Shown here: positions 26,810 to 36,432 of the stretch, one piece after another | Layout of the letters: each line of letters begins with the position of its first letter | Position numbering within the stretch: the stretch's first letter is position 1 | Source: an uncultured Actinomycetes bacterium | GTDB lineage: Bacteria > Actinomycetota > Thermoleophilia > RBG-16-64-13 | Length of the DNA: 64,000 nucleotides | Direction: 5' to 3' | NCBI GenBank assembly: GCA_963841735.1 | Contig: CAWJDT010000001.1 | Coordinates: 1,344,001 to 1,408,000, forward strand | Position numbers and translations under genes: made by a program | The notes under the pieces: generated by a model | What the model saw: only the letters and a program-made list of their open reading frames with translations | Database searches by the model: none | What the model was told of the DNA's origin: nothing

Positions 26810-28372
26810 TCAGACGAGCGGGAGTCTTAGCTCAAAGCGCGACCCCGACCCCGAGCTTCCGGCGGAGGCATCGGAGGCGGTGCCGCTCTGTGCCGTGCGG
26901 CTCTGTACGGAGACCGTACCCCCGTGGAGTTCCACGGTGGCTCGTACGATGGCCAAGCCAAGACCGCTGCCGGGGTAGGCCGCTGCATTGCGTCCCCGGT
27001 GAAAACGGGAAAAGAGACCCTCCAGATCGCCAGCCGGGACGCCGATGCCTGTGTCTTCCACCCAGACCAGGGCCGTGTGGCCGTCGGCCTTGGCGCCCAG
27101 GACCACGGAACCGCCGGCGGGAGTGAACTTGAGCGCGTTGTCCAGGAGATTAGCGGCAGCGTTGCGGAGGGCGTCTGCATTGCCTTTCACCAGGAGATCG
27201 CCGGCCGGAAGGTCGAGGCTGAAGTCTACGCCGGCCTGCTCCGCCCGGGACGCGATGTCATCGGCCAGCCGTCTGGCGAGAGGCACCAGGTCGAGCGGTT
27301 CCACCGGCATCGAAAGGGAGCCCCGCTCAAGCCGGGAAAGTCGGAGCAGGTCGATCGATAGATGCTGGATGCGGTCGGTCTGACCGAGCGAACGGCGGAT
27401 CAGTCTTTGCACGCTTGGTTCGCTACTGCCTTGCTGGGCCAGCTCGAGATCGGCCTGGAGCGCGGTCAGCGGCGTTCCCAACTCGTGCGCGGCGTCGGCC
27501 ACAAAGCGGCGAAGGGCTTCCACCGTGTTCTGAGTGGTGGTGGCCATCGCATTGAAGGATGTAGCCAGCCTGCCGATCTCGTCGGCGCGGTCGATCTCGG
27601 CTCGGACCCCCAGGTCGCCGCGGGCCATACTGTCGCTGGCCGCGGTGATCGCCAGCAGGGGCCGGGTCAGCCGCCGGCTGATCATCCAGCCCGCCAGCGC
27701 CGCCAGGATCACCGCGCCGATACCCGCCAACAGCCAGGCGACAACGGTGGTGCGCAGCACAGTGGCGCCGTACGCCGGTCCTTCCGACAGGCGGACCATG
27801 GCTACCGTTTGCCCGTTGGTGGTAAGTGTGGCCGTGGCCGAGCGGTCCGAGCGGGAGCCCCGTGATTCGTCCGCGGCCAAGAGGCCGGAGCCCACAGGGC
27901 TGGGTAGCCGTGCGGAGCCATCTTCTCTGACGGGGTCGTCGTCTCCGTCGGTTCTGCCGTCAGCGTCGTTGCCACCATCATGGGAGTCGACTATGCCGGT
28001 GGGGTCGATGTCGTTCACCGGTCCCGAATCGATCAGGAGGAGCCCTTGGGGATCGAAGACCTCGATGCGCAACTGCAGGGAGAGGGCTTCGATCTTCACT
28101 CTCTGGAGGGCCGCGGCTGTCTCCAGCACGTTTGCGTCTCCACCTGCCGTGACCGAGACCCAGTCAATCGTAGAGAGCTGCTTGATGGCATCCGCGGTTC
28201 CCGCGGCAAGGTAAGACCCCTCTGCCCGGTCGTAGTGGTTGTTGAGCAGCGGCATCAAAATCGCTCCCAGCACGAGCATGGTGAGGAGGGCTACGCCGGC
28301 GAAACTCGCCGGCAGCCGGAGACGTAAGGACATGCCGCGCATCTTGGACGCAAGGCCGGCTGGGAAGCTCAT
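26810..28372 (-). CDS. HAMP-domain sensor histidine kinase
   Basis: 2 TM, HAMP (DEIGRLA.SFNAM), H-box DAAHELGTPL, NLLDNALKF, DTGIG, GSGLGL; ATGA overlap with regulator. Confidence 0.93.
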   Translation of the reverse strand: MSFPAGLASKMRGMSLRLRLPASFAGVALLTMLVLGAILMPLLNNHYDRAEGSYLAAGTADAIKQLSTIDWVSVTAGGDANVLETAAALQRVKIEALSLQLRIEVFDPQGLLLIDSGPVNDIDPTGIVDSHDGGNDADGRTDGDDDPVREDGSARLPSPVGSGLLAADESRGSRSDRSATATLTTNGQTVAMVRLSEGPAYGATVLRTTVVAWLLAGIGAVILAALAGWMISRRLTRPLLAITAASDSMARGDLGVRAEIDRADEIGRLATSFNAMATTTQNTVEALRRFVADAAHELGTPLTALQADLELAQQGSSEPSVQRLIRRSLGQTDRIQHLSIDLLRLSRLERGSLSMPVEPLDLVPLARRLADDIASRAEQAGVDFSLDLPAGDLLVKGNADALRNAAANLLDNALKFTPAGGSVVLGAKADGHTALVWVEDTGIGVPAGDLEGLFSRFHRGRNAAAYPGSGLGLAIVRATVELHGGTVSVQSRTAQSGTASDASAGSSGSGSRFELRLPLV

Positions 28373-29097
28373 GTTGACGCCGCCAGCCGGTATCCCAGGC
28401 CCGTCACCGTGAGCACCAACTTGGGATCGCTGGGCTCCAACTCGATCTTCTCGCGCAGCCGCCGGATGTGGACGCTGACCGTCTTCTCGTCGTAGCAGTC
28501 GGCGGAATATCCCCACACCTGTTCCATGAGCTGCGTCCGGCTAAAGACCTGGCCCGGGTGCTGGGCCAGAAACACCAACAGCCGGAACTCGGTGGGTGTG
28601 AGGTTGATCTGCTTGTCACCCCGGGTGACCCGGGCCAGGGTGCGGTCGACCACCAGATCGGCTACGTAGAGAAGGTCGGCCTCGGCCGCGGAGAGTTCTC
28701 CATAGGCTCGGCGGAGCAAAGCTCTCACCCGGGCGATGAGCTCGCGCAGTCGGTACGGCTTGGTGAGGTAGTCGTCGGCCCCCATCTCCAGCCCGAGCAC
28801 CTTGTCCACTTCGTCGTTCTGCACCGTGAGGATCAGGATGGGCTGGCGCATTCCCAGGCGACGGATGTCCCGGCAGAAATCGAAGCCCGAGCCATCGGGA
28901 AGGCGCACGTCGAGCACGACGAGGCGGGGGTTCTTGTCGCGCGCATAGGCGACTCCTCCAGCACCGGTGGATTCCCAGTGCACCGTGTAGCCCTCTTGGC
29001 CCAGGCCTTCGCTCAGGCTCTCGGCGATGGCCGGATCGTCCTCGATAAGTAGGATGAGGGTTTCGGTCTTGCCGCTGGTGTCGATTCTGTCTGCCAT
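28369..29097 (-). CDS. OmpR/PhoB-family response regulator
   Basis: LLIEDD, LDVRLPDGSG, GADDYLTKPY, LTPTEF, VHIRRLREKIE; TACGCT 7 nt before ATG. Confidence 0.95.
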   Translation of the reverse strand: MADRIDTSGKTETLILLIEDDPAIAESLSEGLGQEGYTVHWESTGAGGVAYARDKNPRLVVLDVRLPDGSGFDFCRDIRRLGMRQPILILTVQNDEVDKVLGLEMGADDYLTKPYRLRELIARVRALLRRAYGELSAAEADLLYVADLVVDRTLARVTRGDKQINLTPTEFRLLVFLAQHPGQVFSRTQLMEQVWGYSADCYDEKTVSVHIRRLREKIELEPSDPKLVLTVTGLGYRLAAST

Positions 29098-29139
29098 GGC
29101 TTTGAGCGTACCACCTGGTTCGCCGTGCTAGTAGGGAGA

Positions 29140-29171
29140 GGCGCCGGAGCCTCAGCTGAGGCTCCGGCGCC
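29140..29171. terminator. Perfect 32-bp palindrome downstream of PepSY-like gene
   Basis: GGCGCCGGAGCCTCAG-CTGAGGCTCCGGCGCC, no spacer. Confidence 0.5.
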
Positions 29172-29204
29172 GGAACGAGGGGGGGTGTAGTAGGGGGCTA
29201 GGTC

Positions 29205-29696
29205 TTAGGAGCCGCTGGTGGAAGTGGAATCGTCGGTGTCCGCACAGTTGTCGCCACGCCCGTGATGGCCGCCGTTGCCGCCGGCCTGGTCGCCGGTCGC
29301 CACGCTGACTACGTTGTAGGAGTCGTCGACATACACGGTGAGCTTGGTGCCGTCGGCCTTCTGCATATGCACTTCATACTTGGCGTTGCCGTCGCCGTCG
29401 GTCTCGACGCGCACTACTGTGACGCCGGGTTCTTTGGCTACTGCCGCCGCCTGCACCTTGGCAAGCGCGTCACCGGTGAGAAGGGTCTCGTCGGCGCGCT
29501 GCTGATCTTTGTCGGTGGTGGCCGTCGTGGCCTCGGTCGCGCCGGTGGCGGTGATTTGCATGATGGCCGTTGAGGTGGCGGGGTCAGTGACGGTAGTCGA
29601 CGATCCGGTCGCGGCAAAGGCCGCCGAACCGATGGACACGGTGAGGACAAGTGCCGCTACCGGTACCACCCACTTCGCTCTGAGGGATTTCTTCAA
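29205..29696 (-). CDS. Secreted PepSY-like domain protein
   Basis: Signal ending AFA, Thr-rich linker, VVRVETD...YEVHM...TVYVD; AAGGAG RBS before TTG. Confidence 0.75.
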   Translation of the reverse strand: MKKSLRAKWVVPVAALVLTVSIGSAAFAATGSSTTVTDPATSTAIMQITATGATEATTATTDKDQQRADETLLTGDALAKVQAAAVAKEPGVTVVRVETDGDGNAKYEVHMQKADGTKLTVYVDDSYNVVSVATGDQAGGNGGHHGRGDNCADTDDSTSTSGS

Positions 29697-29839
29697 CTTG
29701 GTCTCCTTGCACTGTTTGCTGCTGCCCGCGGTTCCCCGGCACCCCTTGGGGTCCCGGCCGCTGGACTCAGTGTGCCCGGCGAAAGATGTGCTGGGGTTAG
29801 CGCGCGGCTACGGTCTCGTAACCGGCTTGGGCGTCTTGG

Positions 29840-30125
29840 AGCGCATGGTGAGGTTGCGACTCCGCCGCTGAGCACATCAGGCCGGCTGCGGGCGGGCGAC
29901 CTCTTACGCAGGCTCCAGCGGGGCGAGCTGCTTGGCTTTCCTCATTCGCGTCCCATGGGGACCATCGGCGCAAGATGCCCCAAGAAGATGCAACAGGAGG
30001 CCGCGGGCTGGTGCGTGGGGAACGCGGCTGAGTTTCTTGGATTGACCCCAGAGGAAGCGGCCTTCGTGGAACTGCGGTTGGATCTCGCGCTCTACCTTCG
30101 AGAACTTCGTCGGACAAACGGGTGG
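29840..30125 (+). pseudogene. Collapsed HigB(Gp49/RelE-like) toxin-HTH antitoxin remnant
   Basis: HGEVATPPLS...LLRRLQRGELL.FPHSRPM.TIGARC (toxin N-half) runs in frame into EAAGW.VGNAAEFLGLTPEE..FVELRL (antitoxin N-part); both incomplete. Confidence 0.7.
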
Positions 30126-30436
30126 GCCGGATCATCGGGAAGGTGGCCTAGGCACTTCTCCACGTGTAGCTGAGAAGAAGCCGGTAAGTATTGGTGCGTG
30201 GACGGGCCGGCGTTCTCCATGGCGGAGCTTAAGGAGCTGCCGGACGAGTTGTAGGCGCCGACGCCGACCTGCCGAGGTGCGGGGGCCCGGGCGGTGATGC
30301 TTACCGCGGCGGTGACCAGCCGCCGGTCACGAATAGCCACCCCGGGTGTGACGACGACCGTTGAGGTTTTGGGCAAAGTCTTGTGATGTTCGTATTGGGA
30401 CGCCGAAAGGCGCCCCTCATGTTGGGGAACATATGC

Positions 30437-30465
30437 TTGACGGGCCACAAGGGCGCAGATAGAGT
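30437..30465 (+). promoter_or_regulatory. Putative sigma70-type promoter
   Basis: TTGACG-N17-TAGAGT. Confidence 0.5.
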
Positions 30466-30583
30466 TCTGGAGGGCTTGCTGGCCTCTGCTGTCTGCTGGG
30501 GCAGGAAGTATCGCTGTTGTTTGCCCTGGACCCTGTTGTGGCGAAGTCGTGTGAGGAAGGGTGCTGCATGGACTACTTGACTC

Positions 30584-31093
30584 ATGTCTGACGAGGTCTT
30601 GGCCGCAGTCATCATCGGTGCGGCAACCATCTTGGCTACCGTGGTCGGTGTCGTGCTGGCCGGGATTAGGCGCAAGGACAAGCGTATGGCCTCGACTGAG
30701 CAGTCCACGAGGTCCTATGGCTTGAGGATTGTCTCGCCAGCTTCCGGCTCCCTGGTTGCCCGCGGAGAGGTCAAAGTCTCCGGCGTATTTATGGAGAAGC
30801 CGCCAAACGATTCGCTGTTCCTAATCAACGCTAGCCTGAACGCACCTCTCTACTGGCCATGCGTTGGGCGGCCACCGACAGAGGTGTCGCCACCGACCAA
30901 GACCTGGAGGGCCAGCAGCTGGGTGAATGATGACACGCGGATATTGGTCGTAACGGTTGGCCCTTCGGCTCGTGCTCTGTTTGACTACTACGAGAAGGTT
31001 GGTCAACAAACGGGGCAATGGCCACCGATCACGCGGCTTACACCCGACGTGATTGAGCACGACGAAATAACGGTTCGAGTGCAACGAGCCTGA
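30584..31093 (+). CDS. Hypothetical protein with N-terminal TM anchor
   Basis: 169 aa; hydrophobic helix then RRKDKR; beta-rich remainder. Confidence 0.65.
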   Translation: MSDEVLAAVIIGAATILATVVGVVLAGIRRKDKRMASTEQSTRSYGLRIVSPASGSLVARGEVKVSGVFMEKPPNDSLFLINASLNAPLYWPCVGRPPTEVSPPTKTWRASSWVNDDTRILVVTVGPSARALFDYYEKVGQQTGQWPPITRLTPDVIEHDEITVRVQRA

Positions 31094-31139
31094 CGCGAAC
31101 TTGCGCTGCATGGAGCCGGAGCGAGGGGTCGGGGGTGGG

Positions 31140-31406
31140 GCCGAGAAGGAGCTCAAGGACACCAAGGAGCGCATCAATGCACTCACGCGTCAGGCGCGGT
31201 TGGCGGTGACGCCCGAAGAGCAGCACGGAGTGCAGGAGCAGATCCGCGAGTTGGAGAAGAAGAAACGCTATCAGCGCCAGCGCATCTTCGAAGTCGACGA
31301 TGAGATCATGGCCAAGCGTGACGCGTTAATAGAGAGACTGGAGAGACGGATGCAGCAACAGACGACGGTGGAGCCACTGTTCACGGTGCAGTGGGCTATC
31401 GTTTGA
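31140..31406 (+). pseudogene. C-terminal fragment of SNF2-type helicase typically linked to Type III R-M loci
   Basis: AEKELKDTK..I..L.RQARLA...IRELEKKKR.QRQRIFEV.DEI..KRD.LI..LE.R......LFTVQW; no helicase motifs upstream. Confidence 0.7.
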
Positions 31407-31514
31407 AACAAGTGCTAGAGCTTGTAATGGCCAATTACAAGTGCCATAAGTTGTAATCGCCGGTTACAAGTGCCAAAGCTTGTAATTGTCGGCTGCAAGT
31501 GTTAGAAGTTGTAC
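31406..31514. repeat. Four tandem 29-bp units, each with palindrome TTACAAG-N8-CTTGTAA
   Basis: ACAAG at 31408, 31437, 31466 and GCAAG at 31495; (C/G)TTGT at 31421, 31450, 31479, 31508. Confidence 0.9.
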
Positions 31515-32216
31515 GGCGTCGTACAGACCGTCGAGGTGGGCGGCATCAGAACACCAAAGGACAACATATACGCCGTGGTGACAGGCGATGTAGTGGGATA
31601 TACGGCCCTGTCTGAGGATGGGCGCGCCGGTGTTCTGGGCACGCTGCGCTACGCGCACAGTCGGGTTCACCGGCACTACACAGAAAGTATGTCGGCAACG
31701 CTCACCATGTTCCGCGGGGACGGCTGGCAGTTCACAATGTCCACACCGGATCAGTCGCTACGCGCCGCCCTCTTGTTCCGGGCGACGGTGATCTCGCGCT
31801 CTTTGGACACGCGCCTAGCAATCGGCATCGGTACAGTAGACATCTTGCCCGAGGCCCCTGTCTCGGCGGGTGACGGCGAAGCGTTCTGGAGGTCCGGAAG
31901 GGCTTTGGACGATATGTCCCGAGACGAGCGCATGGTTCTCAAAGCACAAGGGTCGCTCGGCTCGATGGACCCGGCCACTGTGGACGTGCTTGTCGCTCTC
32001 TTGGATGCCCTGGTGAGCACATGGACGCCCGGCCAGGCCGCCGCAGTGGCCGGCGCGCTCTTGGGCCTGAGCCAAAAGACGATAGCGTCTGAGTGGGAGA
32101 GTGGGGCTATCACGCAACAGGCTGTCGCACAGCACCTTGATCGCGCGCGCTGGACCACCATCGCGCGGGCATTGCGCCACTTCGAAACCCAGTGTGGGGA
32201 GAGTCGCGCACTATGA
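31509..32216 (+). CDS. SatD-family protein (nucleotide cyclase-like domain + C-terminal HTH)
   Basis: AVVTGDVVG, FRGDGWQ, RLAIGIG, DGEAFWRSGRALD; LSQKTIA...ITQQAVAQHL HTH; start uncertain (TTG 31509 or GTG 31536). Confidence 0.8.
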   Translation: MYGVVQTVEVGGIRTPKDNIYAVVTGDVVGYTALSEDGRAGVLGTLRYAHSRVHRHYTESMSATLTMFRGDGWQFTMSTPDQSLRAALLFRATVISRSLDTRLAIGIGTVDILPEAPVSAGDGEAFWRSGRALDDMSRDERMVLKAQGSLGSMDPATVDVLVALLDALVSTWTPGQAAAVAGALLGLSQKTIASEWESGAITQQAVAQHLDRARWTTIARALRHFETQCGESRAL

Positions 32217-32995
32217 CCCACTTGCAGGTCGACCTGGCAATCGCCCTATTTGCTGCTCACGTGATCTCGGACTTCGTTCTCCAGACGGACACCACCATCA
32301 AGGCGAAGAAGCGGGTCCGGGTGTTGGTGGGCCACTGCCTCATCGTCGCGCTGCTCAGCTACCTGTTGGCGGGCATGTGGGAAGTTTGGCTGATTCCAGT
32401 GGCGGTCTTTGTAACACACCTGCTCATGGACTTCGTCAAGAGCAGATGGCTCTCTGAGAGACTGCAATCGTTCGCTATCGACCAGGCAGTGCACCTCGCG
32501 ATCATCGCGGCTCTGGTGTTCGCGGTGCCCCGTATGGTTGGGCCGGATCAGACGATGCTCTGGCAAGATGCGGTATCGCCGCGGTTCTATCAGTGGCTGC
32601 TCGGCGCTGCCGGTCTGGTCGCCGCGACTTGTGCTGGAAGCGTACTGGTCAGTCTAGTAATCAAGAAGTTCCAGCAGCAGCCGGCGAAGCAGAAGGGGGC
32701 CCCGCCGCCACCAGCCTCAGACCGCGAAGGGCTTGACAAGGGCGGCAAGTGGATCGGCCTACTGGAGCGGGCGTTGATCTTCGTCCTGGTGGCAGCGGGG
32801 CAGCCTGCGGCGATCGGCTTTCTAATAGCCGCCAAGTCGATACTGCGGTTCGGTGAGATCGGGAAAGGGGCCGACAGAAAGGACGTCGAGTACATTATCG
32901 TCGGTACCCTGACGAGCTTTCTTGTCGCGCTTGTGGTCTCATATCTCACCCGTCTGGGTTTTCTTGAATACGGGGCCTCGTGGCTCACAAACTGA
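32213..32995 (+). CDS. DUF3307-family multi-pass membrane protein
   Basis: AHVISDFVLQ, THLLMDF, IDQAVH, GKWIGLLER, GFLIAAKSILRF, EYIIVGTL; ATGA coupling to satD-like gene. Confidence 0.85.
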   Translation: MTHLQVDLAIALFAAHVISDFVLQTDTTIKAKKRVRVLVGHCLIVALLSYLLAGMWEVWLIPVAVFVTHLLMDFVKSRWLSERLQSFAIDQAVHLAIIAALVFAVPRMVGPDQTMLWQDAVSPRFYQWLLGAAGLVAATCAGSVLVSLVIKKFQQQPAKQKGAPPPPASDREGLDKGGKWIGLLERALIFVLVAAGQPAAIGFLIAAKSILRFGEIGKGADRKDVEYIIVGTLTSFLVALVVSYLTRLGFLEYGASWLTN

Positions 32996-33018
32996 GCGCT
33001 GAATAGGGGAGGGGGAGC

Positions 33019-36000
33019 GTGTCACAGGCCCTAGATAGACTGAAGGCTCTTCTTGCCGAACTCTTCCAGTTCGACCAGGCCGACTTGGACTTCGGCATCT
33101 ACCGCATCATGAACGCCAAACGCGACGAGATAGGCCGCTTCTTGGACTAAGACCTGCTTCCGCAGGTGCGCGAAGCCTTTCAGGACTATGAGTCGGAGGA
33201 CCGCAAGGTCAAGCAGGCCAAGCTCGACGAGCTGGTGCAGAAGGCCAAGGACCTGGGCGCAGACCCCGAGGTGCTGCCACAGGTGCAGACACTGCGCGCA
33301 GAGCTGGCTCAGGCCGTGGACATCAGCGCCCTGGAGGCCGAGGTCTACTCCCACCTGTACAGCTTCTTCCGGCGTTACTACCAGGAGGGTGACTTCATCT
33401 CGCTCCGTCGCTACAGGGAGGGCGTCTACGCCATCCCCTACGAGGGCGAGGAGGTCAAGCTCCACTGGGCCAACCACGACCAGTACTACATCAAGACCGG
33501 CGAACACTTCCGCGACTACGCGTTCAGCCTGCCTTCGGGCAAGCGGGTGCACTTCAAGTTGGTCGAGGCAGACACAGAGAAGGACAACAAGCGCACCGCT
33601 CCCGGCGAAGAGCGCCGTTTCATACTCGTGCAAGAAGAGCCGGTGATCGAAGACCAGGGCGAGTTGGCGATTCGGTTCGAGTACCGGTCGCATCCGGACA
33701 AGGCCAAACAGGCGGACCTCAATGCCGAGGCCGTGAGCCGCATTTTGAACGAGACCAAGGGTCTGGAAGAGTGGCGGCGAGAGCTGGCAGGCCTTCGTCC
33801 TACCGAGAAGAACCCGCGGCGCACGCTACTCGAAAAGCACCTGGCGGACTACACAGCTCGCAACACCTTCGACTACTTTGTCCACAAGGACCTAGGCGGC
33901 TTCTTGCGGCGAGAGTTGGACTTCTACATCAAGAACGAAGTCATGCATCTGGATGACATCGAGAGTGAGAGCGCTCCTCGGGTGGAGCAGTACCTCTCCA
34001 AGGTCAAAGCCCTACGTCGGGTCGCCCACAAGATCATCGATTTCCTGGCCCAGATAGAGGACTTCCAGAAGAAGCTCTGGCTGAAGAAGAAGTTTGTGGT
34101 CGAGACCCAATACTGCATCACTCTAGGCCGCATCCTCGCAATAGAGGACGACAAGAAGCGCGACTCACTCCTGGCATCGATAGTAGAGAACGACGCTCAG
34201 CGTGAGGAGTGGATACAGCTGCACGCCATCGATGAGATCGAGGGCGACTTGGTCACCGCAGGGTATTCATCACCGCTCACGCGGGAGTTTCTGGAGTCAC
34301 ACCTAACGCTGATGGTGGACAAGCTCCTTTCGGATGACCCCGCCTTGTTCATCGCCATCGATGACTTCGAGATGGTTGACTTGTGCGAACTAGTTGACAC
34401 CCATTTCCCTCGACTACGAAGGGAAATGATCGTCATCAATCACCACCCCCAGGGTGGGAAGGCCAAGACACTGGCCAACACGCATGAGTACATGCTTGCG
34501 TGCGTGGCTGCAGATTCTGACAAGACGCTCAGGGGTAGGCTGTGCAGTGGTGGGGTGGAGCACCGCCCGTTCAAGCGAAGCGGTACGGCCGAAAGCAACT
34601 TCCGATACGCGAGGCCCAACAGCTTCTACGCGATAATCGTCGATTCACAGACGAAGACGGTGCTTGGAGCTGAAGCACCTCCCCCGCTTGGCATCGATTA
34701 CGCCACAGAGCCCACTCCAGACGGGCATCTGCGGATCTACCCGCTTGGCGCGCGTGGTGAGGAGAGGGTTTGGCGGCGCTCCTATGAGTCAGGCGTCGAG
34801 CTCATTGCCTCGGGCGGCCTGGAATGCACGGCCAACCTGACCATCTACCATCTGATTGAGGCTGAGGACAGGACACCTGCACTCTTCAGCAACTGGGTCG
34901 ACACGCGCTACAACGCCGGAACGTTTGGCGCCAATCTCCTTGCGGATATCATTGGCGAGCACAATCCGTTCTTGTATCCGAAGTCGGTGAAGACGGTCGA
35001 AGATGCAATCTTCTCCGCTGGCGTCGGCCAGGATGCTACTTGTCTGGACTACTTCGCAGGTTCCGGCACGACGGGTCATGCCATTGTCAATCTGAATCGA
35101 GAGGATGGAGGACGGCGTCGGTTCATCCTCGTGGAGATGGGCGACCATTTCGACACGGTGCTCACACCCCGCATGAAGAAGGTCACCTTCACGCCCGCGT
35201 GGAAGAACGGCAAGCCCGAGCGTATTCCGACATCGGTGGAGGCAGAACGAGGGCCACACGTGGTCAAGGTCCTTCGCCTCGAGTCCTACGAAGACACTCT
35301 GAACAACCTGGTGCTCGCGCGGGCGAAGGCCCAACAAGACCTTCTCGAACAGCAGGCCGAATTCCGCGAGGACTACGTGCTTCGCTACATGCTTGATGCG
35401 GAGAGCCAAGGGAGTGCTTCGCTGCTCAACGTCCACCGGTTCGAAGACCCCTTCGGCTACCGGCTGGACATCGCTACCGGCTCGGCGGGCGAGACCAAAC
35501 CCACCGTGGTGGACCTGGTCGAGACCTTCAACTACCTCGTCGGTCTGCGGGTGAAGACCATCGACCATATCGGCGGCGTCCGTGTCGTCACCGGCGCGAG
35601 TCCCGAGGGTGATCGCGTCCTCATCCTCTGGCGCAACGTCAAGCAGACGGACAACGACGCTCTTGACGCCTGGTTCGCCAAGCAGGGTTACAACACCCGC
35701 GACCAGGAGTTCGACATCATCTACGTCAACGGCGACAACAATCTGGAGAACCTGCGCAAGCCCGATCAGACTTGGAAGGTGCGCCTCACCGAGGACGACC
35801 CCGATTTCATCACCGAGTACCGGCTGTCGGTGGAGCGCTCGCGCGAGGACATCATCAAGAAGCTCGAGGAGGTCAAGGGTCTCATCGAGACCGGGCAGCT
35901 CCGCAACATGGAGTTTGGGTCACTGCGGATCATCGCTTTCGACCGCCACCCCTACCAACCACTCATCTACGCGGGCAGCGATTCCATTGAGGTGAAGCCG

Positions 36001-36366
36001 GTCGTTCTGGAGAACGAAGGCGAGCGCGACTTCGTTCTCGATCTGCAGTCCTTCTGCGAGGCCAACCGGGAGTTCCTAGAGGGCAAGGAGCTCTGCCTGC
36101 TGCGCAACATGAGTCGCGGCCGCGGCGTCGGGTTCTTTGAAGCGGGCAACTTCTACCCCGACTTCATCCTTTGGCTGCTGGAGGGTGGACGCCAATATGT
36201 GAGCTTCGTCGATCCCAAAGGCCTGCGCAACCTGGAAGGGGCCGAGGACCCGAAGATCCAGTTCTACCAGACCATCAAAGACCTGGAGGCCAGGAACGTT
36301 CTCTTCCAGGCAGAGGACAAGGGCACCTATATCCGCGGGCTGCTGGACAAGACGCTAGGCGTGTAG
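33019..36366 (+). pseudogene. Degraded Type III restriction-modification locus: mod (nonsense + deletion) fused to 3' end of res
   Basis: ELFQFDQADLDFGIYRIMN start, TAA at 33148-50, FAGSGTT present but no DPPY; after KVRLTE (about 35793) continues into Res-like [14 protein letters not shown]...DPKG without helicase motifs. Confidence 0.85.
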
Positions 36367-36432
36367 GGCCGTGGTTCTGAGATCACTCGAGCCTCCGCGC
36401 ACGGTCTAGGAATACTCGAACGCGTCTTGGGC

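Noticed and set aside
31406-31514. CRISPR array interpretation of the 29-bp repeats
   Set aside because: Linkers are only about 7 nt, units diverge internally and no cas genes are present
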